The position numbers and the translations under genes are program-made. The notes under the pieces are model-generated. The model saw only the letters and a program-made list of their open reading frames with translations, had not been told where the DNA came from and made no database searches. A stretch of 64,000 nt of DNA from the human T2T-CHM13v2.0 reference genome, Homo sapiens, in assembly GCF_009914755.1 (NCBI RefSeq), contig NC_060926.1, one strand, 5' to 3'. Shown here one piece after another: positions 1 to 15,810 of this stretch. The stretch's first letter is position 1, and every line of letters starts with the position of its first letter.

Positions 1-291
1 TGTGTATTTGTTTTAAAAACGTGTAACTTCTTATATTTCAAAGCTAATACATGTTCATTGAGATATTTGGAGACTATAGAGAAAGATAAAAGAAAATAAA
101 TCACCTATATTCCACTATCCAAAGACAACCACTGTTAGTATTTTGGTATATTTCCTTCTAGACTCTTTTTTATGTGGGTTTGCATCTGTATCTGTATGTA
201 TGTATATATATATATATATACATACATACATACATACAGTTGGACAATTGGACATTTTTTTCACTGTTCATTTATTCACTTGAAATTGTAA

Positions 292-456
<165 letters not shown>

Positions 457-816
457 TGAGGTCAGGAGTTCGAGACTGGCCTGGCCAACATGGTGAAACT
501 CCATCTCTACTAAAAAATACAAAAATTAGCCAGGTATGGTGGCAGGTGCCTATAATCCCAGCTACTTGGGAGGCTGAGGCAGGAGAATCATATGAACCCA
601 GGAAGTGGAGGTTGCAGTAGCCAAATCGCGCCATTGTACTCCAGCCTGGGTGACAAGAGCAAAACTCTGTCTCAAAAAAAATGTTTTCTTCCTACCCCTA
701 TAATACTGACCTCCAATTATTTTTCCTAAAGGCAGCTGTTGTGAACTAGTTCATTCTGTAACTATCCAGAGATAGTCTACACATATATTTCATTTTTGCT
801 TTTTTCTCTTCTACAG

Positions 817-876
817 ATGATAACACCCTATGCCCATTGTCCTGATCTGAAAATTCTTGGAAATTGTTCCATGTGA
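817..876 (+). CDS. CFLAR: CFLAR alternative terminal exon encoding the c-FLIP-S C-terminus (MITPYAHCPDLKILGNCSM*)
   Basis: Polypyrimidine tract + ctacAG (815-816), then ATG ATA ACA CCC ... TCC ATG TGA. The 19-aa peptide is the known FLIP-S-specific tail. Phase 0. Confidence 0.97.
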   Translation: MITPYAHCPDLKILGNCSM

Positions 877-1019
877 TTAACATGGAACTGCCTCTACTTA
901 ATCATTCTGAATGATTAAATCGTTTCATTTTCTAAATGTGTTATAATGTGTTTAGCCCTTTCTTGTTGCTGTATGTTTAGATGCTTTCCAATCTTTTGTT
1001 ACTACTAATAATGCTATAA

Positions 1020-1025
1020 AATAAA
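1020..1025 (+). terminator. Poly(A) signal for the FLIP-S mRNA
   Basis: AATAAA ~145 nt after the FLIP-S stop, followed by a U/GU-rich tract (ttgtacttctttgtgcatttgtttttt). Confidence 0.8.
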
Positions 1026-1344
1026 TATCCTTGTACTTCTTTGTGCATTTGTTTTTTTACTGAGCTAATTTTAATGATTTCAGCAAAAGTTATTTTGTTA
1101 TTGAGTGATGAAACAAAAGATTTTTGAGGGTGTTCATGAGCATAAGTATCATATAGTCACTTATGGTTGTTGTGTTCCTAGTACTTAGTACAAGGTATCG
1201 GAATTGTTCTTTAGTTAATCTTTTATCTTGAGAAGTTAAATCTTGGTGTAATCTTATCCTCATGTTCATATAAAGATATGTGGAGTTTGTAGTGAGGACT
1301 TAGAGCCGGGTACAATTTCATGGTTAAATTAGAAATGCTTTTGG

Positions 1345-1406
1345 CAGTGTTAACAGCTCTTTTAGAATTTGTCTAGCAGGCTTTTCAGTTTTTGCCAGAA
1401 AGCCCT
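1345..1406 (+). pseudogene. U7 snRNA processed pseudogene
   Basis: cagtgttaacagctcttttagaatttgtctagcaggcttttcagtttttgccagaaagccct matches U7 (histone-pairing 5' end, Sm/Lsm site AATTTGTCTAG, 3' hairpin). Followed by an A-tail; TSD aaatgcttttgg(c) at 1333-1345 and 1425-1437. Confidence 0.93.
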
Positions 1407-1604
1407 AAAAAAAAAGAAGGAAAAAAATGCTTTTGGCTGAGTGTGGTGGCTCACGCCTGTAATCCCAGCACTTTGGGAGGCCGAGGCAAGCGGATCGCTT
1501 GAGCCCAGGAGTTCGAGACAAACCTGGTCAATATGTCAAAACCCCATTTCTACAAAAAATACAAAAATTAGCTGGGCATGATGGTGTGCCTTTAGTCTCA
1601 GCTA

Positions 1605-1829
<225 letters not shown>

Positions 1830-2009
1830 CTACTGAGCAATGCAATTTCAGAGCTAAAATGGATTTACGGATTATATTATCCAACTCCCTTAATGAACAA
1901 AATAAGGAAACTTAGCCCTAAAGAACATTAACTGATTGTCTACTTCTAACTACTAGCAGAGCTGGGCCCAGCCCATACTCCTTTCACTGCACTGTGATGT
2001 ATATAATAA

Positions 2010-2361
<352 letters not shown>

Positions 2362-2752
2362 TGAAATGTGCTTTGTTTTGTCCTTCTGAGTCTCTGTAAT
2401 ACCAAATAATGAGAAAAAGCAGATTTAGGATTCAGATCCAGGTTTTCTGAGCTTTCTCTGCTATTGTCTGTCTAATATAAATTATATTGTCATTCTTAGT
2501 TAAAAAACCTGCCATATTTTTACTATTGTGTTTCTATTTTGTAAATGAAGCATATTCATTGCTATGTAGCCTGTTGTGAGCCCATATGCTTTGCATATTA
2601 GTTTCTCCTTAAACTTTCTATATTTAATATGTGACCCTAAGGCCGGGTGCAGTGGCTCACACCTGTAATCTCAGCACGTTGGGAGGCCGAGGCAGGTGGA
2701 TCACCTGAGGTCGAGAGTTTGAGACCAACATGGAGAAACCCTGTCTCTACTA

Positions 2753-2911
<159 letters not shown>

Positions 2912-4267
2912 TCAAAAAAAGAAAAAAAAAAGTGACCCTGATTATTCATTCATTCATTTAGTAAGCAGGCACTATGGCATATGAATGCAGTGACTTTCTT
3001 AAAAGGTTTAGGAGCCGAATACCTAGAAGTTAATTCATATGAGGCTGCAGAAGTGCTTCAAAAATTACTGTATGATTAAATGCCACAGGATACCACAAGA
3101 TATTATAGAATTAAAAAATTATGGCTGGGCATGGTGGCTCACACCTGTAATCCCAGCACTTTGGGAGGCCGAGGCAGGTGGATCATGAGGTCAGGAGTTC
3201 AAGACCAGCCTGGCCAAGATGGTGAAACCCTGTCTCTACTAAAACTACAAAAATTAACCAGGCGCAGTGGCAGGCGCCTATAATCCCAGCTACTCTGGAG
3301 GCCGAGGCAGGAGAATCACTTGAACCCAGGCGGCAGAGGTTGCAGGCGCCACTGCACCCCACCCTGGGTGACAGAGTGAGACTCTGTCTCAAAAAAAAAA
3401 AAGAATTTAAAAATTATTTGGCTACAATACAATGCTTTTAAAATCCATCTTTGATTTGATATGTTACCTCTCTCTAATAATATGTAAAAGCGAATACACA
3501 TGCATGCGGCCAATTTCTATCTGATATGATCAGCCTCTGGCTAAGTTACTAATTATTAGTGAAAAAGGCAACTTACATGTTTTTAATTTAGACACACAGA
3601 CTTAGCTACTGACACAGCTTAACAGATAGTGTATTTCACTCTTTTGGCTAGGTTAGCTTCAGAGAAGAACTGTCATTTGAAAGCTGAGTGTCTCAGATGG
3701 GTTGACAGCATGTGGTATGTGTATCTTACATAGGACCTGTCATCTGAGAAGAGAAAGGGTCGGTTTAATCTTTCATTCTCTGATTACTCTTACTCTAGCC
3801 CTCAGAAGTGGTTTATCAAGAATATTTGATTATCAAGAATCAGGACCATATGTTGCTTATGTGTAGCTAGGCAATGATAGAAAAGCAATAACTGGACATT
3901 TATTATGTACTTCCATGTGCTTGGCACTGTGCTGAGTGCTTTGTGTGCATTTAATCTTCATACAAAATCTGTAAGGTATCTATTATTATCCTCATTTAGC
4001 ATATGAAGAAACACACATACAGAAGTTAAATAACTTGCTCGAGGTTACATAGCTAATAAGTGGCAGAATTAGGATTCCTAGCCAGGTCTGTCTGGCCTAG
4101 AAATCCGACTCTTAACCATGCTGTACTTTGCCCCTGTGTTGAAGGAACAGGTGGAATGTCAATCTCATGTTCCAACAGCTTATCCTAACCTGGAGCTATG
4201 CTAGCAACTATACTATACTGTAACATCAGATTTTATTGGGCTGTTTTGAAACATTCTAATATGCTAG

Positions 4268-4593
<326 letters not shown>

Positions 4594-4818
4594 TATTTTC
4601 ATCTTTTAAAAGCAGAATTTCCCTGTTCTTTGGTAATATGATACGGGATTTATGGAGTTAACAGCTCTTGCTATTCTTTAGATAATTTAACTGTTGGGAC
4701 GATATTTTTATTTTTTTCCTGAGTTAAGAATCCTATTGAGACATTTAAAGAGGTGTAATGTATAGTGTACCTCTGAAATAACTAACAGGAAGTATGACCT
4801 TATTCTTTGTATTTGAAG

Positions 4819-4873
4819 CTCCATAATGGGAGAAGTAAAGAACAAAGACTTAAGGAACAGCTTGGCGCTCAAC
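4819..4873 (+). CDS. CFLAR: CFLAR (FLIP-L) coding exon, LHNGRSKEQRLKEQLGAQ (aa ~203-220)
   Basis: ttgaAG|CTC CAT AAT ... GCT CAA C|GTAAG; 55 nt, phase 0/1; matches the c-FLIP-L linker. Confidence 0.95.
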
Positions 4874-6635
4874 GTAAGACCACCTTTTTTTAATATTCAT
4901 TATTTATAAATGCTTGATAATTCTAGTACAAATATTGCATTTTTAGAGTTGGTCATTTCCTTTATCTACATAATCTAAGTAAGCTCTCAAAATAAAAACT
5001 GGTTAAACTCTTACGATAGACTCATTGGCATTTCTAGTTGTCTATTGAATTAGCTTATCTAAGTTTGAACACCATCGTACTCCATCAGCTTCATCATCTT
5101 GGCCGTATGTTAAGAGATGTGATGTTTATAACTGAAATGGAATGGAGCTCTAATCAGGCCATGTTAAACATTGATCCAACCATGATAATGAACCATGTTA
5201 AACCAAATATCTAGCAGCAGGAAGAGGAATGGTAAATAAGTTCTTGTCTTACAGCCTATTTAATAAATCTGGATACTCTACAGATGATATCCCCCCTTTC
5301 CTAAGAAAGAAAACGTGCAATTTAAAGATGGGTCATTTCAACCCGCATGAGCTGTTTTCTCTCTTAAAACATTAGCACTTGATCCCATAGATCATTTTTT
5401 AAAAGATTACTCTTTTTTTTTTTTGGAGACGGGGTCTCACTCTGTCACCCAGGCCGGAGTGCAGTGGTACACTTTTGGCTCACTACAGCCTCCACCTCCT
5501 GAATTCAAGTAATTCTCATGCCTCAGCCTCCTGAGTAGCTGGGATTAAAGGCACGCACCACCACACCCAGCTAATTTTTTTCTTATCTTTTCTTTTCTTT
5601 TTTTTGAGACAGAGTCTTGCTCTGTCACCCAGGCTGGCGTGCAGTGGTGCAATCTCGGCTCACTGCAACCTCCGCCTCCTGGGTTCAGGTGATTCTTATG
5701 CCTCAGCCTCCTGAGTAGCTGGGATTACAGGCTTGTGCCACCACACCCAGTTTATTTTTGTATTTTTAGTAGAGATGGGGTTTCATTCTGTTGCCCAGGC
5801 TGGTCTCAAACTTCTGACCTCAGGTGATCCACCCACCTCGGTCTCCCAAAGTGCTGGGATTACAGGGATGAGCCATGGCGCCCAGCCTAATTTTTGTATT
5901 TTTAGTACAGATAACGTTTCATCATGTTGGTCAGGCTGGTCTCAAACTGCTGACCTCAAGTAATCCACCACCTTGGCCTCCCAAAGTGCCGGGATTACAG
6001 GCGTGAGCCACTGCACCCAGCAAAAGTTTACTTCTTTTGCTTGTCTTGAGTCCTCCTTGAAGTGAGAGCTGAGACTCAGTCTTACACTGATGAGGCACAT
6101 GGCTGTGGTTCCGAACTCCAGGAAACGGATTGATGGGCTGTGATGGAGGGCTTCAGTCTTATCCAAGAGGCTTGGAATCTGTCCTGTGTGTGGTGGGACA
6201 TCATGAATGTTTTGAGTAGGGCAGTGGCCTAATAGAAGCCCTCTTTGTGTGGCAGTCCCCTTACAGATATCTTACGACTCAGTCTTTGTGCTATCTGCAC
6301 CTGGAAACTTATTTTGCCCGGATTAGTCAGCTGGTGTAGCTCATGTCTGTCATTCTCTACCTAATATTGTGCTCTCCAGCAAAAACTACTGAGAAGCGAA
6401 TTAATTCCTGAAATGATAGCATGTTTCTTAAAACACTGGTGAGGTGATGAGAATTAGTATTCCGAAGCCTGTTTAAAGGGAAAATAGGAGACCTAGTAGA
6501 TTTGCATAGGAATTAAAAACAATTGGTGTTCTTTCCATTTGCTCCCTGATGGCAATTTTATCCTTGGTCATAATTGTACAGATGAGGTAAGTGAGAATCC
6601 AAATATCCCTATGATCCTGTTAGGAGAGCTGCTTA

Positions 6636-7001
<366 letters not shown>

Positions 7002-7020
7002 TTAATTTAATAGAAGTTTA

Positions 7021-7381
<361 letters not shown>

Positions 7382-8443
7382 TCAGCCATCATTGAATTTG
7401 ATGAGGATGGTGATAACTTCAATTTAGTAATTTCTTGCTAAATGCCTTAAACTGAGATAGATATATCACATAGATTATTTTGTGGCTTTTCTTTGTTTGT
7501 TTGTTTGTTCTGTTAATATATAATTGCTAAAATACAAAAAATATAAAATGAAATTTCCTCTTTCAAGTATCAGAGATAGCTGCTATTAATGTTTGATTTT
7601 TATGCCTCCAGATTCTTTTATATTTAAGCATATATTAATACATGTGTAAGTATATGTACACAAATATACATTTTTAAGTTCACAGAATCAATATTATACA
7701 TATTTTTAATAATCCATTTTTCACTTAATATATCCTGTGTATCTTTTTTTAATTTTTTTCTTTTTTTTTGGAGACAGAGTCTCGCTCTGTTGCCCACTTT
7801 GGAGTGCAGTGGCACAATCTCTGCTCAAAACTGGTTGTTCTTCCACCTCCCTGACCTAATCAAGTCATTTTTTTCTAGCAAATTAGCTTTAGGCTCATCT
7901 CCATTTGCCAGGCTCACTGCCCCCATTGTCACTGTCTTGCCATTGACATTTTATTTTATGATCTCCCAGTATCACTGGACTATGAAAACAGTGCCATCTG
8001 TTTTATAACTAGCAAACACATATAAACTTTCCCTGCTCTGCACTCTCTAAGGCTGTTCCCTTTAGGTATTGTCAACAGTTTCAGCACATATAGGAAAGCT
8101 ATCAGTATTGTTGGGTGGTGAGGTTATTAGATTCTCCTATCAAGTTAAAAACTCACCAGCCACCTGTTCCTCACCTAGAACGGGGTAGGGGAGAGCCTTC
8201 TTTCACTTGCTGTTTAAGCAGCTTTTCCAGATAGCCCCTGATAGCACTGGGACTTGTGTTTTCTTATGTCACTTTCTTCAGTGTGAGGTTGAAACCTTGG
8301 GGCCAAGTATAGCTGGGGAAAGAAGAGATAATTGAAGAAAATAGGAAGGGAGAACAGTTGTTATACAAAGAAACTCAGCCAGTGTAGGGGTGGACTTAGC
8401 TCTCCTTCAGCTTTGTAAATGGTTTCTCTCTCTCATCCCCCAG

Positions 8444-8493
8444 AAGAACCAGTGAAGAAATCCATTCAGGAATCAGAAGCTTTTTTGCCTCAG
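8444..8493 (+). CDS. CFLAR: CFLAR coding exon, (Q)EPVKKSIQESEAFLPQ
   Basis: cccccAG|AA GAA CCA ... CCT CAG|GTACA; 50 nt, phase 1/0. Confidence 0.95.
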
Positions 8494-9194
8494 GTACAGA
8501 ATAAATGATCTGATTTGGTATTATATGTACATAGCTGTGGATAACCCTGACTTCTTTAAAAATACCTGTCCATTAAGAATTCTTTGAGACAGTGGGACTC
8601 TGAGAGTGTTGTTCTCCTGAGAACTTCCATACAAGGGAACCCTGAATAACAAAGAGAAAGATGTTAAAGTGGATTGCATTAGTGAACTTTGGAATGCAGG
8701 GAAGTTCCAAAGTAGCACTCCTCATCTCAACTCAGTGACTGCTGAACATATTAGTCAGCAGTGATACTTCCCTGAACTTTGGCTTGTTCTGGCTTTTTCT
8801 TAGGTTGACACCTCTTTGTAAGCAGAAGCAATAGAAGGGCTCCCTTTGTACTTGGGAACATGCCACTTATATAACTTCAGGTTACTGTGGAGACAAATCA
8901 CTCATGTTTTCTCTCTTTTTCAAATTATCTTTATTCCACAAAGCCAATAAAGAGAGTGGGATTTTCATTAAAATTAAATAAAAATGAAAATAATTTGTCT
9001 TAAGCACATTACCCTAATAGAGGAAAAATTTGATATTAATGGGAAACATTTGCCGTAATGGGAAACTTCAGGCTGTGTCTGTTGAGTGACTCACCTGCCA
9101 AAGGAAATCCAAAAGAAGAGATGGTATATGGGTGGGACCTTATAGAAACAGAGCAATATCCAGAGTCTTTAGCATTTCTTGTCTTCCTTTCCAG

Positions 9195-9276
9195 AGCATA
9201 CCTGAAGAGAGATACAAGATGAAGAGCAAGCCCCTAGGAATCTGCCTGATAATCGATTGCATTGGCAATGAGACAG
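9195..9276 (+). CDS. CFLAR: CFLAR coding exon, SIPEERYKMKSKPLGICLIIDCIGNET (start of the pseudo-caspase domain)
   Basis: tttccAG|AGC ATA ... GAG ACA G|GTAGG; 82 nt, phase 0/1; YxMxxxPxGxCLII caspase motif. Confidence 0.96.
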
Positions 9277-9402
9277 GTAGGTGTGGAAGCTGCAGATTAA
9301 CTGGTGCCCCCAGATTGAGATCATGGCACAGGCAAGCTGTATTCATTGGAGTGATCAGCACCAACTGCCGTGACAAACCAGTTCAAGAATCTGTGCTTCA
9401 TC

Positions 9403-9955
<553 letters not shown>

Positions 9956-9964
9956 TGAATATGT

Positions 9965-10325
9965 GTTACAACACAATAGAGACTTGTTTCTCATTCATGT
10001 CACAGGCTAGTGTGGATCGGGCTGGGGGAGCTTTGTTCATGTGGCTATTCAGTGGCTCCATTATCTTCTGAGGTCTTGGAGTTTTCTACAGAGTCCCTTG
10101 CATCTGGCTAGCAGATAAGGGAAGAGAGAATGTGTGAAGGATCTCACAAGAGATTTTAGGGACCAGGCCTAAAAGTGATAATGTGCATCATTTCCACCCC
10201 ATTAGATTGGTCAGAACTCAGTCATGTGGCTCCATCTAACTGTAGTGGACATGGAGAAATTAGTCTCGCTGTGTGTCAGGAGGAAATGAAATGGATTTGG
10301 GGGACACATAACAGTGTCTCTGGCA
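9965..10325 (-). mobile_element. Old MLT1 (MaLR) LTR fragment
   Basis: attggtcagaactcagtcatgtggctccatctaactg...ggagaaattagtct. Confidence 0.55.
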
Positions 10326-13286
10326 CAAAGACATCATTTACGGTAGTTGGTGAGCCTTAGTCTTGCCTTTTCTTTTGGATGCTGAAGCAGGGAGGAGTCC
10401 TGGAACCCAGAGGGGCATTAATATTAATGGAAGGCATTCTGGCTTCACATATTATCACATGCCCCATCATTTCACCTAGATAGACGACAAAAGCTTTCCT
10501 GGGAACATTAAAGACATAATAAATGTGTGTTCACTTACAGAGCTTTGGATATTTTCTGAGCTGTGTCAGTCAGTTCTGCTGTCCTTTGCTTTGGTCGTTG
10601 GCCTCAGTCTCTTCTATCTGCGCGTCACCATTGCTTGGATCTGAGATGATTCTTTTGCTCAGTTGTTGTTGGATGTCTGACTCAAACTGAATCACTGGTG
10701 CTGCATCAAAAGAGAATGAGAAGAGCCTAGATAAGTGGAATGACATTCTGTTTAATTATTTAGCTCTTCCTTAAGAGGATCGATCATTGTATTTCCAGTT
10801 TTAGAGCTTCTCAACATTCTCTTAAAATGAGTCAGAACTATCTTTCAGGCTCACTTAAAATGTTACCATGGGGAGTTTTATGGGAAGAAAGGCTAAGAGA
10901 AGGTCAAATTAGCAAATATAATACTAAATTTTCCAGGATTTCAGATACGATCCTGCTTGGTCGTGTCCTATTTTTGGTTAGATGTGAGAAAGATAAGTGT
11001 CTTCTTTTCAGCCATTAGTACCCATATAAGAATGAGAAAATATTTTCTTAATGAGTCACTTCCTGTTTTAAGAGATTATGTAATTGTCCTGTACTTCTGG
11101 TTTTGGTCAGTTTTGTTTCATTCATCAGTAGATGTTGTACGTATATCTGTTGTATGAGAGAATCATAAAAAAAAAAAAGCCATGACCTGCTGTGAATTGA
11201 AAAACTAAGTTTTTTGGCTAAAACTCAATGTCTGTGCTTGCTTCTGTTGCTGGGTTATGGGCCTCTTGGGGGCGGGGGCTGAATGTATATTTGAATTTTT
11301 CTGCATTATAGGAGCATGATCAGAGTTGAGAAATGGAATATGACAGTGTGGGTTTGAATCATGGCTATGCCATGTTCTAGCTTGTGACCTTGGGCAATGT
11401 CCCTGGCCTCTTTATTTTTTTTAATGTTTTTTTTTTTCTTTCTTGAGAGAGAATCTCACTCTTGTTGCCCATGCTGGAGGGCCATGGTGCGATCTTGGCT
11501 CACTGCAACCTCTTCCTCCTGGGTTCAAGCAATTCTCCTGCCTCAGCCTCCCGAGTACATCCCTGCCGGGAATACAGGCGCCCGCCACCATGCCTGGCTA
11601 ATTTTTTGTATTTTTAGTAGAGACGGGGTTTCACCATGTTGGCCAGGCTGGTCTCGAACTTGCTGACCTCAAGTGATCCACCCACCTCGGCCTCCCAAAG
11701 TGCTGGGATTACAGGCATGAGCCACCACGCTCGGCTTCTAATTTTTTTTAATTTAAATTTTATTTTTATTTTTCCTGTAGTGCTGAGTTCTCGGCCTTCT
11801 TAAGTCCCAGTTTCTCTTCTGTAAAGTGGGTTAATAACAGGACCTACCTCATAGGGAGGTTGGGCAGAATGAGAGTTCATACTTGGAAAGGGCTTAGAAT
11901 AATGCCTGGCACAGTGTGAGCATGTACTAGATGCCAACTAGCATTATTTCCTCATTTGCTTGTTCAATTCTAGCCATAAACCACCTAAGCAAGAGCTCAC
12001 CATGGCTTTGCACTTGGTACATAGAGTCTGATCTCAGACAAGTGAGAGACCAGGGCACTGAGGCCTGCCCTAGGCCCAAGGGTGAGTGGAATGCATCCCC
12101 ATAGACTGAGGCGCACTGGAATGGAGGCCATAACTTGAGAGGGTTATCCAACTTCTTGGATAAACACTCAAGTGGAAAGCTGAGCACAGCACTCCTACCA
12201 GTCACAGTCTGAATGGGCTTGGCAGAGGAGAATCTAAGTACAAAGTACAGGAGGGCAGAGACCTGATAAAAGAGAAAGATGGAAGAAGATGGTAGAATTG
12301 GAGGCAGAGCCTGGGGCATCATGCTTTTGGCCACAGGTATGAGCAGGTATTGGTCTTGACTGCACTGGTACATCTGTTTCCTGCCCCATGGTTGCGGATG
12401 TATCTGTATACGAGCTCCAAGAATCAGAATGGCAGCTCTAGACAGCAGGTCCTTCCTGGTCAGACATAGTCCTTTAAAGTTCAACATCTTGGTGGTACAT
12501 TGCTGGACAAGAGTAGGCCTGGGCCATTAGAGGGTACCCTGGATGCTCGGTGCTGCCTTTCCCCTGAGAATCAGGGTGATTTGACTCAAGCCTTCTCTGC
12601 CTCTGGGAACAAAATCAGTAATTGGGCTTGAGGCCACTTATAAACCCCCCTGGGCTCAGGTGGCTAATTAGCAAGTAAGAAACAAGGCAGCACACTTTTA
12701 CTCTTCTTGTGCTATGGTTTTCATCAGCTGAGAGGTCACAAATCCACTTACATGCAGACTCAGAGCAGCAGGAGAACATTAATTATTAAGAAGTGGAAAG
12801 GCACAGTCTCCTCTCCTCACACCATCTCCCTAGGCCTCCAGCTCTTCATTTCCCTCCTCCTCTCCTGGTAATTTGTCACTGAAGATTCTAGGCCCAGAAT
12901 CCTGCCTTGGTTGAAAATGGTTGTTATTATTAGTGCAGCACCCTTCATCTCTTTTCCTTCTAATCCGCAGTTAGGGGGCTTCATCTAGAGTAATTATGTG
13001 GATTTCCTCTGTCTGGTTAACTTTGCCATCTGGTTAACATTGAACACTTGGGAGGAGTGCAGGAGTCAGATAATGAACAAGCGGGTAAGGTAATTGCCAG
13101 CCGAAATAAGGTCTCTGAAAGAAAGAAACAAGAACATGATAGGACTAACCTAGGCATAGCTGTGCTCAGAGTATATAATTTATTAAAAATCTACTACGTG
13201 CCAGGTACTTTGCTAATTGCTTTACACGGATTCTTGCTTAATCCTCATGAATAATACCATAATATAGGTACTATTCTCTCCATTAA

Positions 13287-13537
<251 letters not shown>

Positions 13538-13540
13538 TAA

Positions 13541-13663
<123 letters not shown>

Positions 13664-15649
13664 CTGGGATTACAGGCATGTGCCACCATGCCCAGCTAAT
13701 TTTGTATTTTTAGTAGAGACAAGGTTTCACCATGTCGGCCAGGCTGGTCTCGATCTCCTGACCTTGTGATCTGCCCACCTCAGCCTCCCAAAGTGCTACG
13801 ATTACAGGCGTCAGCCATCATGCCTGGCTTATTCTCTCCATTTTCAAGGTGAGGAAGCTGAGCAGTGAACTACACTCCTACCTTCTCTAGTACTGATTGA
13901 GCTGGGATTCAAAAGCTGGACTCCAAAACCTATGCTTTTAACTACTTTGCCTCAATATAATTTCCATGAAGGTGAGGGAGTTTATCTATCTCCTACTATG
14001 GGTCTCCAGTACCTGGAAGAATACCTGCTATGTAGGTGTTCAATAAATAATTGTTGGGTGAATGAATGAAGGAATAAGCTCTCCCAGTGTCAGTGTGTTT
14101 CTAAAAGCCATTCCTTTTTATCTTTAGAGTTTAGCAGACTCTCTTCTACCTATCTTCCCTTCTCTCCTCAAAAAACCAGACTTTTATCCAAAAAGCATGC
14201 AAGTCCCCCAAGTATTTAAAGCTTTATTTCTTTGTTTGTCCAGTAAATGTTCGTTGAGGGCCTACTATGTGCAAAGCACCATGCTTGGCCCTGTGTGAAG
14301 CAAATATTAAGGCAATGAGGTGGAGTCTGATCTCAGAGCTGTGTTGTGCATGAAATAAGGTTATTCTTTGGTAGTTCTTTCTTGAGAAGAATTCTTATGG
14401 AGTTCAGTAACCTCTTCTTGAGGCAGAAGTAAATGCTCAGGGATTTGGGAACTAATTATCTCAGTTTGGTAGAATTGAAAAATAAGTCTTTGGTGTTGTG
14501 TCATCTGTGTCAGTGACAGCAAAGCTGGACCTGTGCTAGGCCCTGGTGGGTCATCTTTAAGCACTGGACTTTTATCTTGTTAGGAATATAGAAGCAAGCG
14601 TCTCACATCTCTGACAGATGGGCTTTACGGCTTGGCCTAAAGCTCTGGTTGTTTTTAAGGCCCTTGAATAAAAATAAAAGACGATGTTTGCAGATTTTAA
14701 GAGGAAGTTTTTTTTTTTTTTGAGACAGAGTCTCGCTCTGTCACCCAGGCTACTGGAGTGCAATGGCGTTATCTTGGCTCACTGCAACCTCTGTCTCCCG
14801 GGTTCAAGCGATTCTCCGCCTCAGCCTCCTGAGTAGCTGGGATTACAGGCACCCGCCATCATGCCCGGCTAATTTTTGTATTTTTGTAGAGATGGGGTTT
14901 CACCATGTTGGCCAGGCTAGTCTTGAACTCCTGACCTCAGGTGATCCGCCCGCCTCGGCCTCCCAAAGTGCTGGGATCACGGGGATGAGCCATCGCACCT
15001 GGCCAAGAGGAAGTATTTTTTTTTTCTATCCTGCTCTTTCTGAAAAGCTTGAACATTTTTCTGTACTTTCCTTTTCTTTTTTGAGACAGGGTCTTGCTCT
15101 ATCACCCAGAATGGAGCACAGGGGTACAATCATGGCTCACTGCAGCCTTCACCTCCCGGGCTCAAGCAATCCTCTCACCTCACCCTCCCAAGTAGCTGGA
15201 ACTACACACAGGCGCCACCACATCCATCTAATTTTTAAAATATTCTGTAGAGACAGGGTCTCACTATGTTGCCCAGGCTGGTCTCAAACTTCTGGGCTGA
15301 AGCAATCCTCCCACTTCAGCCTCCTGAGTGGCTGGGACTACAGGCACATGCTATCATGTCTGGCTAACTTTGTTTTTTATAGAGACAGGGTCTTTTGCTG
15401 TATTTCCCAGGGCGGTCTTGAACTCCTGGCTTCAAGTGATCTTCCTGCCTTGGCCTCCCAAAGCACTGGGATTATGGCCATGAGCCACCACGTAATCTTT
15501 GTTTTATGCGTATTTATAAGCTTTGCTTCCCCAACAAGATTATAAGCTCTTTGATTGAAGTACATCATATATTTGATATGTATTCTCTTGTCCAAGTGTT
15601 TCTGTAGGCAATAAGGGGAACTTTGTAAAACAAGAGTTTTCCGGTCAAG

Positions 15650-15810
15650 TAAATTTGAGAAGCGCTGCCTAATCTCTTCCCCCTCAGAGATTTGCAATGC
15701 ATATTGACCTATTAAAGGCTCTGAGAATTCTTCCTGCGAAGAAACCTATTTTAGCCTTGTCCACCTTGCATTTCCCAAACACGTTTGACCTCAGAACTCC
15801 CTTTTTCACT
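15650..15810. mobile_element. MER103-like DNA transposon fragment
   Basis: attaaaggctctgagaattc...gaagaaacctatttt...catttcccaaacacgtttgacc. Confidence 0.55.

Noticed and set aside
11927-12487. 186-aa minus-strand ORF in non-repetitive intron DNA
   Set aside because: No recognisable domain, and it ends in MIR-like sequence. It could overlap an antisense lncRNA, but I have no evidence of coding.
14763-15545. 260-aa ORF and the many similar ...[19 protein letters not shown]... ORFs (e.g. 32907-33461, 18200-18688)
   Set aside because: Translations of antisense Alus; poly-Y/I/N/L runs come from (TTA)n tails.
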